The notes: generated from the letters alone by a model not told the origin. Shown: positions 50,390 through 63,038, numbered from the whole stretch's first letter. The stretch: DNA of 63,067 nt, filler included, from Bigelowiella natans CCMP2755 (GCA_000320545.1; 7 parts of 7 records of this genome joined end to end with filler, not necessarily neighbours in it), one strand, 5' to 3'. Numbers and translations are program-made.

Positions 50390-50688
50390 GCACGCACGCA
50401 CCCCAAAGCACAAAGATCACAAGGAATGATGCAACAATACGTTGTCGGTCCTGCTTGCTGCTATGCGGTGACGCCGTTTGGGCGAATCATCACTGGCGAT
50501 GATTGATGTGCTACCTTTCTCGCTCTATCTTTATATTTTTACATTGATTTTTCTTCTTCTTCTTCTTCTTCTTCTCTGCCCTTTTTTCTGTTAGGTTTAA
50601 CTCTCCAAATTATATTCCCGTCAATGGCATTGCGTAATAGCAAATAACAACCCTTTTACATCTCGTCTCTCTGTATCTCCTCACTCCT

Positions 50689-50732
<44 letters not shown>

Positions 50733-50939
50733 TATTCTCTCTCCCCCTTCTCTCTCCCTCCGTCTCTTTCATTTTTGATGATTTTTCCCATCTATTCCCA
50801 CTGCTGATGCGGCTGCTTCTGTTAACCAAAACACAAAGATGGGGGTACCTGGAGTCACAGTTTGATGGCTCCTCAGCCCCCTCCATTAACGCAAGCTCGA
50901 CAAGCTGTCCCGATGGGTATGACAATGATGGTGTTAATG

Positions 50940-50975
<36 letters not shown>

Positions 50976-51029
50976 ATGCACGCATCTACTTATTGAGAGA
51001 GAGTGATTGATGTGACTGTGCGACTCACA

Positions 51030-51067
<38 letters not shown>

Positions 51068-51144
51068 ACGACAGGCTGACAGATTCCGTCTACCCCATCC
51101 CATTTGAGAACATCACAACTCCCAATGCTGCCAAGAACATGCAG
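49075..51144 (+). CDS. ABCA-subfamily ABC transporter, internal fragment (inter-half linker, first TM of second half, start of extracellular domain)
   Basis: GLFRQLHALLLKRF(L)DYRRDRR / GLLWTIFYPLAILTVT / IGLMQLGIEGDFPTLDLTPSM / FNSPNYIPVN matches the ABCA QxxALLxKRxxxxRRD signature followed by a TM helix. Requires a 1-nt correction near 49920. Confidence 0.7.
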
Positions 51145-51161
51145 GTCGGTTGATCCACCCA

Positions 51162-51261
51162 NNNNNNNNNNNNNNNNNNNNNNNNNNNNNNNNNNNNNNN
51201 NNNNNTTAATTAATTAANNNNNNNNNNNNNNNNNNNNNNNNNNNNNNNNNNNNNNNNNNNN
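51162..51261. other. Artificial assembly gap linker
   Basis: N44-TTAATTAATTAA-N44. Confidence 0.95.
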
Positions 51262-51303
51262 GGAAAAAAGGGGGGTGGGGGGGGGAGGGAGGGAGAGATA
51301 TAC

Positions 51304-51411
51304 CTCCAAGATCAGGCGTGAGAGCGTTTCCTCCTTGCACTGTGACTCTATTTAAAAGCACGATAAAGCAACTTCATCATGCTGAACTTCTTAAATGTAT
51401 AATTCACACTT

Positions 51412-51446
<35 letters not shown>

Positions 51447-51503
51447 ATGTACATATTATAGTGTAATATATGAAACTATATTCAGTATCATCGTCAGCAT
51501 TAG

Positions 51504-51539
<36 letters not shown>

Positions 51540-51747
51540 TATCATCATCGTCATTATCATTATCGTCTCTCTTCTCTCCATTCCGTGCTTTGCATCGGCC
51601 GGCACTACTTTTCAAGAGCTGCTTCGATTGACTCTGCTGCCTTTCCTAAGACCCGCAAACAATAGAGTTATCGCATAAAGGAAAATTGCAATAATATTGG
51701 CATGAATATCAGTGTAGTCCTACGCCAGAGGGTCTTTGCGCGTCGCG

Positions 51748-51789
<42 letters not shown>

Positions 51790-52246
51790 CGTGTCTGTGT
51801 GTATGTGTGTGTGTCTGTGTGCGTGTGATTTGTCTTTGATTGATCTGAAACCTTCTCCCAAGTGACGCAGCAGCATTGCTCCTAACAAAGAAATACTGAT
51901 TTTATGCCCATCAACGTTCAGTGTGGTTTTGGGCCGAATCCACTCGAGCATGCATCGCTGCTCGCGTGTTGTCACCATGCTTCATTTGCAAAGACATGCG
52001 CGCGCACAGGCAGCGAACACGATTGAAGCTGCTGTTGGGAGGGGAAAACGATGGGGCGTCTGCATTGCTCTCACGTACCGCTCAAAACCTGTGAGACAGG
52101 ATTGGAGATGTCTTTGCCTGAGAAGAACCAGTGCGAGGGCACACAAACGATGCCGTCAGTTCGTGAGCATTATGAATGCAATCATCCGAACGCTTTGGAA
52201 TGAATCATATCTTGGAGAAACACACGCACTTACTTACACACAAACC

Positions 52247-52286
<40 letters not shown>

Positions 52287-52500
52287 CAGCACCCAGTCGC
52301 TCACAATCACCCAAACACACACCCACACACTTACTCTCTGACACAAACACACAAACACACACACTCTCACACACGTCCACCTGCAATGTCAGGAGCAGAG
52401 CCGTGGCAGGGCTCAAACACCGCATACTCAGTGCCGTACATCCCGCTGATTACAAATCATATCAATAAACAAACAACGAAACCAAAATTAATAATATACA

Positions 52501-52574
<74 letters not shown>

Positions 52575-52676
52575 GCATGTAACGAAACCCCGTATGTGCG
52601 CGTACACATGCGAATACACGACTCTGCGACACAAATGCCAACATCTGCTTCCACCCCCACAGAGCACCACACACAC

Positions 52677-52721
<45 letters not shown>

Positions 52722-53298
52722 CACACACACACACGCACACACACACACACTACTACTACTACTACTACCTCGGGCAAAGTCCCAGAGAGCCAACGATGCC
52801 AGCAGCTAGGTCCGAAACCATATCTCCATAGAGATTGGGGCATAACAAAACATCCCATTCACTAAGGGTAGAGGAGGAGGAGGGGGAGGAGGGGGAGGAG
52901 AAGGAGGAGGGGGAGGGAGAGCAAGGAGAAGAGAGAGAAATCATCAAATCCAAAAATCTCTAAGCTAATCGTACATTCAATCCCTCTCGCTACTGATGAT
53001 CCAACAGCAGGCAAGATTTGGTAAAAGGGAAGGAACGGAGGGGTGGAGGCCTCTTGTTTTGAGTGGCCAATGATCTCGTATTCTCTCCCTTTTGCGCGCG
53101 GAAGCTGGGCATTTTCCCCATAGCTAGTGCTGCTGCTCGGCTGTTGCTTCATCGTTTGTTATGCCTTTGTGTTAATCTGCCTTCTTCTCTGACCTTGGAT
53201 CCATCACCATTTTGGTGAGGAGGCTGTCGGCTAATTGCTCATCAAAGTTGATTTCAGGGTATTTCTTAGCGACTTCGCGGCAAATCTCGAGGAAGAAC

Positions 53299-53360
<62 letters not shown>

Positions 53361-53369
53361 ATTATACAC

Positions 53370-53409
<40 letters not shown>

Positions 53410-53494
53410 CTCACCCATCAGCTTGCTTACACACGTTCGCTTTATGGACCTTTGAATTTTGCACAGACAATATATTCGTCAATATATCAATATA

Positions 53495-53544
<50 letters not shown>

Positions 53545-53956
53545 TAAATTAAATCATGTATGAATACATAATTTAGTAGCATGTGATAATTGATGTCATC
53601 GTAGATTGGGGAAGAATATGGAGATTTGCGTGTGCGTACAAACACAACTATGCAATCACAATAAGATGAACACAAGACGAATTACAGCTGTCACGCGCTT
53701 TCGCCCATGCTTTGTCGCGAGCCTATTTTTTCACGGAAATAGATCTTAGAGCCCTCCTCGATGGCGTGTGTAGTTCCGCGTGAGCGGTGTTTCCCCAAAA
53801 ATGATGCGGCAAGATTGCACCGTCTAAAGGACTAAGATCGCTACTTACTCAAAGGCCTTCTCAGCTATGCGTGTGGAGGCTTTGCGAGTGATTCGTTTGA
53901 CACCTTTTAATTTTTTTTTTGGGGGGGGGGGGGGGGGCAATCTTAATAGGCTGCAG

Positions 53957-53997
<41 letters not shown>

Positions 53998-54390
53998 TAT
54001 GTGTGCGCGCGTGGATATGCTTTCCTACCTTCAACGGTATCATCGTCCACCCATTTCTCTGCAAAAGCATGTACACAATACGCAAAACAGTCATATCTCT
54101 CTCACATATGACTTTGGTGCTGCGTATCACGACAGCATAAGCACGATTCCGGCGCTATTTTTGTAGAGTTGGAATACCCTCTCAGCGCGCACACATCATA
54201 TATATAATACATATATACTGATTATTGACATGGTTGAGCAAATTATCTATATTCCAAAAACCTTCTCCCGTGTAGACGTCCTCAGTATTTTCCCGCACGA
54301 CAAGCAAATCCACATCCGAAAACCTACAACGGGGGGGGGGAAGGAGTGGTGAGGGAGGAAGAATAGAGGGGGAGAGGGGGTGGGGAAAAA

Positions 54391-54446
<56 letters not shown>

Positions 54447-54576
54447 AGAGAATACGAAAGAGAATATCAAATTTCAGATAAATCTTACTGTCTTCAAATA
54501 TTGCGCGCGCGCGCGCGTGTATGTGTGTGTGCGTGTGTGTCTGTGTGCGTGTGTGCGTGTGTGCGTGCGTGTGTGC

Positions 54577-54617
<41 letters not shown>

Positions 54618-54931
54618 CGTGATAAAATAAACACTGAGTTACTATTTCAACGCGGAAGAGAGCAATGCATACGCATGTGGTGCACGACCTAGATTGAAGG
54701 CCAGGGAAGAGCTTTGCAGGACGCACATTGGCATATCTGTCATTACATGTGCGCATGTGTGCATATATATTATTTTATATCATTTTGTGTGTGTGCTTGT
54801 GTGTGTGTAGTGATAGGTGCGGGCATGCTAGGTAGACGACGCATATTTTGGAGTGTACGTACAAGTCGAAGCATTTGCGCAGCACTTGGTTTCCTGATCG
54901 TTTGGGGGTTAATGATGCCGATCAATACAAA

Positions 54932-54971
<40 letters not shown>

Positions 54972-54990
54972 GCGCGCGCGCGTGTGTGTA

Positions 54991-55021
<31 letters not shown>

Positions 55022-55202
55022 GTGTAAATACAATGTTTTTGGGTGAAGAAAGTGTGTTGATAAACATTGACAGGCTCATTATAATGATCGAATCCATCGT
55101 GAGACATGCATAAATGTCCTTGCTCGGTTACTACCACTGGTAAACTTTCGACCCCTCAACTCAGTATATCTAACACACAAACATACACACAAACATACAC
55201 AC

Positions 55203-55246
<44 letters not shown>

Positions 55247-55426
55247 GTTCATAAACCTATTAAAGCTATAACAACATGTCGTTAGTGAAACCATACGGAT
55301 TTTTGCCTGGAGGAATCGTGAGAGGCCCTTTGAAGATAACCTTGATCTCTTCCATAGCCTTTGATCGTGTATTGCATTGCAGACGATAGATATATCATGT
55401 GCATGTTAGCATAATACATGAAAACA

Positions 55427-55460
<34 letters not shown>

Positions 55461-56014
55461 ACCTATTGTTAATATGCATACTCGTATTAAGTTGTACCAT
55501 CCTCTACAACAACGACAACATCTTTACACCTGCAGATGCTCTTCGGTGATAACGTGACCTGTTCGAATATAACACTTCATTCTTCCTTCCTTCATTCAGT
55601 TTTACCAAATCATGAGGGGAACCGTAAATGGGAGGGGCTGGGGGGGGTGGGGGGGTGGGTGGGGGGCAGCAGAAGGAAAAGGGAATGCCAAAAAGAAACC
55701 CACCTGTCTTCTCGTAAGTTTCGTATCCCATATCCATTCTTACCCAGTCGAATTTCACGCCAGTGGCTATTAGAATTGCGATTAAACGAATATTCGCAAT
55801 GGGGTAACACACATACACACGCGGGGGTTGTCTTTTCAGCCCTCTGCACATTAACAGCATTATTACCTTCCAGCACCCTCTCAGCTGCTCCTACAATCTC
55901 GGGCCCAACGCCATCGCCATGGAACTGAAGCACGCGATAAGGAGACGCTGAACAGGAGGGAAGGGAGGGGGAGGGCATATCAGCACTGTGGGCAGTTGGT
56001 GCGCGAGCGAGCAT
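51304..56014 (-). CDS. NAD-dependent isocitrate dehydrogenase (isocitrate/isopropylmalate dehydrogenase family), nearly complete; last exon in gap
   Basis: [36 protein letters not shown] (Ser/Asn of isocitrate-binding type), [65 protein letters not shown] (NAD type), TPDLGG. Confidence 0.9.
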
Positions 56015-56699
56015 CTCCACGATTACCTGTGCTCATCTGCCGGACAGATCCAAAGCGACGCACACTCTTGCCCAATCGATTGAAAGACATTGTTTCTTAG
56101 CAGGGAAATTTTTTTTTTCACGAAAGCGGGGAGGGAATGCAAGTGACGGCGACGTGCGTGTTGTGGGAGGGGGGTTGATCGCTGGAGTCGCAGTCAGATT
56201 TTTTCCTGCAAAAACGATGAGAATTTTGATGTGCGACTTAGGATTTTAGCGAACTTTTACCAGATATTGAACGAACGAGTGGTTCTCCTCGAAAAATGAA
56301 CGCCTTACCAGTGTTTCCGAGGAAAGAAGTGTGTTTTCATAAGGCGACAAGCAACAGAACCGAGTCGGTTCTAAAACCTCTGAACGTAGAGTGTTATCAG
56401 AGCTACGACATAGATTATGTGATGTCGTCAATCGGAACATGTCTTTCTCGGTCGGCTTTCTAAGCCGCTTCTTGAAGATGAATCTCCAATCTCAGAATGT
56501 TCGTAATGTTCGTTTTCTTTTAGGGGTGTACCAGATCCATGTCGCAGGTGGAAAATCCACTCGGATTCCGGTCGACATAACTCGAAGATCGAGTAAACTT
56601 GCTATCTTGACCCTCCCCTATCTAGACCCCTCCCCCATTTCACCAACGTGTTCGCAGGGCTGATCCAGAATTGTTGTTGTGATCTTAGTCGTGTAAACT

Positions 56700-57941
56700 A
56701 TGCTCAATAATTTGAGAAAGAGCGTTAAGAAAGACGAAGCGGAGGGAAAGGAGTCGCGCTTGGCGCCTCAGAAGAAAGCTGGGCGGAGGAAAAAGGGTGA
56801 TTACAATGCGTGGGTCTCACGCGTTTACTCCACTCAGAAATCTAAGATTACACCAGAATTTCGTGAAATGATGCGGCAAAAGGCAAAAAGGTTTACCCGT
56901 ATAACCAAATCCAAAAGAAAAGCCAATAAGTTGCGGCTTTTTTCCGCGCAAGCTCAGTCGGCATGGTCAAAGGGGTACAACGAGATCCAAGTCGCTCAAG
57001 AGCAGAAAGACCGGTCAAGATATGCTGCTTCAGCTGCAAAACAAGTTGCCGTTATGAGCTCCTTACAGAAAAGGGTTGCCGTTGAAGAGGACGATGCGGC
57101 CATGGCGCAGTACGACGATATCGAGGAGCAGGAACAAAATGAAAGTGTCAAACGGTCTGAAATCGAAGCTATCCTTAAACAACTAAGAAACGAACCCTCA
57201 GATGACGAGGAAATCAAAGCCAAATTCAAACTTTATGAAACATTTCTCGGAACCGTCGAAGCCATTCGAAAAGAAACCTTCACCTTTTGGGATGAAACCA
57301 AGGGAGACTTTGGAGGAAACGGCCGTTTAACCATCGACCACGCACTAAAAAGGATTGACGGCCATGACAACATGGCTATCGATTTCGATTCGAGAGATTG
57401 GTTTGTCCATGGCATGACCGTTAAAGCGGTGTCGAACAGAACCAAAATCAGCGCTGTGCTAAAGAACATCAACGCAAAGCTGGAACTAATGGAAAACCAG
57501 AATGATTGTCCTATCTGCTTGGACACCTTCGCAGGGACCCCTCCAGATTTGAAAGAGATACTTAAGCAAGCTAGGCTGAGCGACCAAGAATCCAAATTCA
57601 AAGAAGCCAGCGTAGATGTTGCCGCCCTGCTTTCTGCTGCGAGGAAAGATGACGCGAAAGCCTGGGACGAAATTGCACAGAAAACTGGCCTGAAGCCCGG
57701 CCACTTGATGCGTCTCAAACGTGCTGTTGACGATGCGTGCGATCTATCCGAACCAAAAGCAACCCACACCCTGGCATGCTGCCATCAAGTCTGCGAGGAA
57801 TGCTGGGAACATTTCACTAAAGGCCTCCACGGTCAGCGCCCAAGGTGCCCTTTGTGTCGTACCGATGATTTCTTGACCTTCCTTGCGCAAGAGGCGCAAA
57901 ACCTACCAAAGCAAGACCCTGCTCCGGAGCCAGAAAATTGA
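56700..57941 (+). CDS. Intronless coiled-coil protein with a C-terminal C3HC4 RING finger interrupted by a SAM-like domain (putative E3 ligase)
   Basis: 413 aa. CPICLDTF ... about 80 aa ... LACCHQVCEECW..RCPLCR. The insert ends GLKPGHLMRLKRAV, a typical SAM helix 4-5 motif. Confidence 0.8.
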   Translation: MLNNLRKSVKKDEAEGKESRLAPQKKAGRRKKGDYNAWVSRVYSTQKSKITPEFREMMRQKAKRFTRITKSKRKANKLRLFSAQAQSAWSKGYNEIQVAQEQKDRSRYAASAAKQVAVMSSLQKRVAVEEDDAAMAQYDDIEEQEQNESVKRSEIEAILKQLRNEPSDDEEIKAKFKLYETFLGTVEAIRKETFTFWDETKGDFGGNGRLTIDHALKRIDGHDNMAIDFDSRDWFVHGMTVKAVSNRTKISAVLKNINAKLELMENQNDCPICLDTFAGTPPDLKEILKQARLSDQESKFKEASVDVAALLSAARKDDAKAWDEIAQKTGLKPGHLMRLKRAVDDACDLSEPKATHTLACCHQVCEECWEHFTKGLHGQRPRCPLCRTDDFLTFLAQEAQNLPKQDPAPEPEN

Positions 57942-58039
57942 CAGAGCCCTTTTCAGCTCTCCCAGAAGTAGATATTAATATGTACTCAGTTGAATGGGCC
58001 TCTCCTCTGCATGTGTCAACAACTAGGGGAGACTTCCAT

Positions 58040-58095
58040 AATATGTAGCCATGTACAAATATGTAGCCATGTACAAATATGTAGCCATGTACAAA
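58040..58095. repeat. Tandem repeat, 3 perfect copies of 18-bp AATATGTAGCCATGTACA
   Basis: Copies at 58040, 58058 and 58076, about 100 nt downstream of the RING gene stop. Confidence 0.9.
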
Positions 58096-58985
58096 CATTA
58101 GTCTGTCATCATATCGTATGCGTACGACGTGTGTGCGAACGCCGTACACTGCACGTCGCCTTGCGTGCTCTCAACAATTTGCTAGCTAGCCTAGCTATGG
58201 CTAGCACAGCTATACCACCCCATCTATCGAACGCTAGCTCATCATGACGTAGCATGCAAGCGCGTGCACGTCGAAGGCGCATGCAGATCAGAAATAATTG
58301 CGACGATGTGACTGACTGTCTTCGATCCTAGGCACTTGTAGACTTTAGTCATTTTCACAGCGACGACGACGATCGACGTTTCGTGCAGCATGTACGCCTA
58401 TTTATATGCATTTAGCCATGGTTAGCCACACAAGCAACACCGTGCGTACGGAGTCAACGAACAACGCTGCGAAATTTGATGACATTTGCACCCTGACATC
58501 ATGATGCATGTGCCCTGCAGTTGTGTACTTACGTATATATATACGTTGTGTGCTGCAGCCTGCTCTGCACAAGTGCTAGTGGGATAATTGGGGCGCAATT
58601 TCGATCCGCTAGCGCCCACATGCACACGTGCGCACGCGCAGACGACTAGCCAGGGCTGTCGTCGTGCTGAAGCATTGCAATGAACCATGTTGCTGCATGC
58701 TGTTTAATTTATGACCCTTTCTTTCGTGCATCAAGTAAAGGCCAAATGAGCCCAATGTGGTAATGCACATACACGTACAAGCAAAAATGCACGCAAAAGA
58801 ACTGATGCAAAACGTGTACACAACCTGATACGATGTTTGTACATGATGGGATGAGAATAATACAATTTTATTACGTTGACATAGTTTCAATATGCCCTTC
58901 AGATTCATTATGTTTTACTAATTGTTCTAATTTCTTTTGTTCATTCACTAATCGATTTTAAAATTTTTACCATCTTCAGCCTAAA

Positions 58986-59981
58986 TTAACAGTACACTTG
59001 TGACTGTGGTAGCGCATATTCCATTCGGTTCGTTCGCACGTTGAAGACAGTCGATTTTTCTTGGAACTGTATCTGTGGGCTAGATAGGTTAAGGTCGTAA
59101 TACTTAGACTGCTGCTGCTGCTGCTGCTGATGGTGATAAGGACCAATACTGCTACGGATTTTCGGGCAGCTAAAGATCGAATTTTTCAGAGCGCGTTTCA
59201 TCCGCAACCTGTTGTTTATTTGCCGTTGAATTTGTCGGCGTAACATTACCTGCGTGCTAAGCATCATCGTGCTGGCAGCGGTACTCTGGGGACTACCAAA
59301 CTTAAAATGATTAACTGGAGAAGACATTGCACTGTAGCATCTGCGACGTTCGTATTCACGATCCATCTTTTCGAGGAATTCTTTCCTTTTGGCTAGGACC
59401 TCACATTCACGAATGTGCTTGTGGATAGAGAGGGTTGAAGTTTTCCGGAAGAACTTACCACATCCCGACGGGCAGCGCCATTTCTCATCCTCACGAAGTT
59501 CGTGAGACTTGCGCCGTCGCTTCTTCACTGGTTGACTCTTCCTTTTCGCAGCCTGAGTCTCCAGCTTCGTACTGCATCTATTTTCTGTATCACGATTTCT
59601 CTTTGCACCGCGTGCTTTGCTTGGGGAAACAGTAGAAGATTTGGACTTGATTTCCTCGTGACTGGAAGCCGTCTCTTTTCTGATCTTGCCAGACTTCCTC
59701 CTAGTTGGCCCAGCTTCAGAATTCGCTGATGAGCGCTTCTTGACGGTGGCATGCTCTGATAAAGAGCCTCGTGCCTTTTCTTGGGCTTTGATCTCATTCG
59801 GATCAAGTTGCGAGGCAGCTTGCAGCATGAGACTGCAGAGATTGTCCATTTGGGCCGGCGGAGTTCTTGGTGGAGAAGAATCCCTTGCCGTAGCAACGGG
59901 AGCTTCTTCATTTGTGCCGAAGCTTCCATGTGCAGGCTGTTTGCTTGAAGGGGATACAGAGTGTCTTCTTCGGCGGGTCAT
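58986..59981 (-). CDS. Intronless putative transcriptional regulator with one C2H2/C2HC zinc finger, basic NLS and Q-rich tail
   Basis: 331 aa. KKRRRK NLS, WRCPSGCGKFFRKTSTLSIHKHIREC zinc finger, poly-Q near the C-terminus. Confidence 0.7.
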   Translation of the reverse strand: MTRRRRHSVSPSSKQPAHGSFGTNEEAPVATARDSSPPRTPPAQMDNLCSLMLQAASQLDPNEIKAQEKARGSLSEHATVKKRSSANSEAGPTRRKSGKIRKETASSHEEIKSKSSTVSPSKARGAKRNRDTENRCSTKLETQAAKRKSQPVKKRRRKSHELREDEKWRCPSGCGKFFRKTSTLSIHKHIRECEVLAKRKEFLEKMDREYERRRCYSAMSSPVNHFKFGSPQSTAASTMMLSTQVMLRRQIQRQINNRLRMKRALKNSIFSCPKIRSSIGPYHHQQQQQQQSKYYDLNLSSPQIQFQEKSTVFNVRTNRMEYALPQSQVYC

Positions 59982-62900
59982 TTTCAGGTGAGGTGAATTG
60001 GTATCTTCGATGACAATCTCTACGTTGGAGGGGTGAGCGGGTGTGTGTTGAACTTTGTTCAGGAGTGTGAAGTTTAAATAATGCCACTTATGAGAGTTAA
60101 TGCCTCACGTGAAAATTATCGCCGAACGATGATTTAGGCAGTTGTAAAGAATTAGAGTGTTTCCAATGGGAAAATGCAATGCGTTTTGAAAATTAGGTGA
60201 AGCAAAAACATGATTTCTTGGACTGGGATGTCTTATAACACAACCGACCTTCAAAATAATTCATATCCAGTCATAGCTACATTATTTTGTTGGCTTTTTT
60301 AGTGCAATAATATTTAAAATAGGGCATAAATATTGAGATTTTGTTAAGTATTTGTAAATTAATGTATAAAAAGGGTCATTTTTTGCGATACGGATCCTTT
60401 TTCCAAATAAACTAATATCTTAAAACTCCTAAAGTTTTGTCAGTTGCAGTCCTGCAAAAAGTATTCTCCACTGGTCGTTAGTCCTGCTATTATTCCAATT
60501 TCTTGAAACATTATTCTCTTTACTAAAAACAAATATTATTAAAAATTCAACCATATTTTACTTTGAAACAACACATTAGATGCATTAAACACAAGAAATA
60601 TAAAACTTTGATAAACACGTGAAGAAAGGAACGTTCTGAAAAAAAATATGCTACATATTTGTCGGGGATCCCCCGAATAAGTAGATTTTAAATAAAACCC
60701 AGGAAACTACCATCTAAAAAATCAACATCGAAGCCTTTTTCCAAACCCGATCTTGAGGCACTGATCACCGCGAAATTAGAATTATTTCCATAAAAACGGT
60801 CGACCGTTTTAAATAATATGATCTGTCAGAGTGACCGTTTGTGTCGGTTTTCACCACTAAATCAAAAATCGAAATGTGATTCCGCCCGTTATTTGTATTT
60901 ACAAAATGATTGTAACTGTATTGAATACCAAAATCTTATATATTTTGATCTGAGATGATAAGATGTTCTTGGAGGTCTCTCTGATTAATCTCTCAGGATC
61001 GTTTTGCAGGAAAAGGCCTGCCATTCCCCTTGCTTTAAAGCCGAAGTACATGAAATCATAAAATCATAAAACAAATAATTTACTGTTTCAAATACCAGTA
61101 GAACTAGATCGAGTACGTGATTTATTTATTATGCTATTTATTTTCATAGCGCCGATCATAATAAATAAATAATAACAAAAGATCATAAAAGTCTTGGTAT
61201 TACTAGTAGAAAATATTGGAAAATATTATTATCCCGAAGATGATTGAGGTCTGTGCGTATTGGGATTTTAATCATTTTACCATTCGGTTTTTAGTATTTT
61301 TTGGTCGAAATATTTGTCGCAATGTGACAAAATTCAACATCCGGTTTGTTTTGGGGAAACTACGGAGGAAATCATCCAGAGTGGTCGACTGCCCAGTAAT
61401 TTTTGGGCATTTTTGGGACAAAAATACCCACTTTTGGGATCCCCGCTAGCCCGGGGTTTGGATCGGGGATTACCTGAAACCTGGAATTCTCGAAAATTTT
61501 AGGAAATCTAAAACCGGGATAGTTTAAAAGCACCGGCTTTAGATGCCAACAATTGAATTTGGCATTTTATTTCAGAATGAGTTTACGGCATCTGAAACAT
61601 GGATACGACAGAGAAATATAAATTTTGTGAAATATGTTCCGGATACCCAAGAGCGTTCATCAAGTTTCAGAAGATGATGCAGAAGAGTTGTGAAATGACG
61701 AAAAAAACTATAGGGGATAAATTGAGAGATTTTGTTACATCCCGCCTATCATCTTAAAAAAAGAATCTATTAGTAAAAAACATGTATATTATGTCTAATA
61801 ATAATTCTTAAGATATGAACAAAATCGAAAGAGCGACAAGGTTAGGGTTACGTGTCAGACTGAGTTCCCCCCCCCCATCTTCGTGCATCTTCGTGCATCA
61901 ATATCCTTCGGTTTTTCGATTGCTTAATGGACAGCTAAAATTTAACCGTTGCGAGTTGCCGCATTGTTTATGTTCGTCGCGCTTGCTGCATGTTCACGGT
62001 TATGAGGACCGAAATTCGTATGTGTTTTATCCTCCCGAAATTTGGTTCTCCTTCGTTTCACCGACACACGAGCCTCGATTTCCTTGCACATATGAAGTTT
62101 AAAGATTATATCCATGACCGGGATGTTGGTGGGTGCGAACAATTTCGTAGACCGAGGCAAAATACCTCGGTTGGAACCGTGCTAGCATACCACTTTCCGC
62201 CCTCCGTCCCCTCTCTCTCTTCTCATCCTCGTTCCGCCTTTCTTTAGATCAGATGGGGTCAGGAACAAGCCAAAGCCGTCCGTTTGACTACAACGCCCAG
62301 CTTCTATCGAAGAGCGGCAAGCTCTCAATCCGCGTTTCCCCGGAAGGAAAGGACCATGGCGCTGTTCGAAGAGCTCCAGATGCCAGGGGGGGGCTGGTGA
62401 TAGCCGACAGGCCTAATTGATATACTATTGCATGGAGCGTGCTACTTGCCTGGGCATGCTAATGAATAATATGCACATACTGCATGTTATTACGTCATGG
62501 TGGAAATCACGGCTATGGCCGTTCATGGACGCGCCCGTGTAGATAAACGACAATAATAGCAGGATCGCATCATTAGGCTTCCAAAACAACTCCCTTCGTT
62601 TCTGAGATTTCCTGCTTTCTTATCAAGAACAACTACGATTTCGCTCACTAATCATCACATCACACCTTGGCGACAGGTCGATCGCTTGATTTGGGACGAT
62701 GGCAGCGCGAATTGTACCATCTGGGAAGCATTCCAGCGAGGGGTAAACGCTGCTTTGACTGCGATATTTACTACTCTCTGCATTTCTTCACCATTTTCTT
62801 CCTCATGGTATAGCCGCTAGTAAATCCCTCCCTGCGACTATTTGCAACCGCCAGGTGAAAGAGTTCCCTGAGAATAAGTGCTTTGGAACCCGCACTTGGA

Positions 62901-62991
62901 TTTTAGATGGCGACGGCAAGTAACGTGAATCGATCGTGGCAGCTGCATGATAGGATCGTATACATCGCACCGACTTATTCATATGAGAGAG

Positions 62992-63038
<47 letters not shown>

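Noticed and set aside
37944-51144. Apparent lipid/apocarotenoid gene cluster (phospholipase B, carotenoid oxygenase, reductase, ABCA)
   Set aside because: Each gene is on a separate contig fragment divided by gaps of unknown size, so adjacency and functional linkage are unsupported.
52176-52865. Long ORFs of THTH, CVCV, YIYI, ERER, poly-S/F/I/M
   Set aside because: Translations of intronic microsatellites.
61841-61850. Single TTAGGGTT telomere-like word
   Set aside because: One unit only, expected by chance.
61990-62930. Possible exons near the window end (MGSGTSQSRPFDYN on +; RLYHEEENGEEMQRVVNIAVKAAF on -)
   Set aside because: Strand and frame are ambiguous and no family is recognised.
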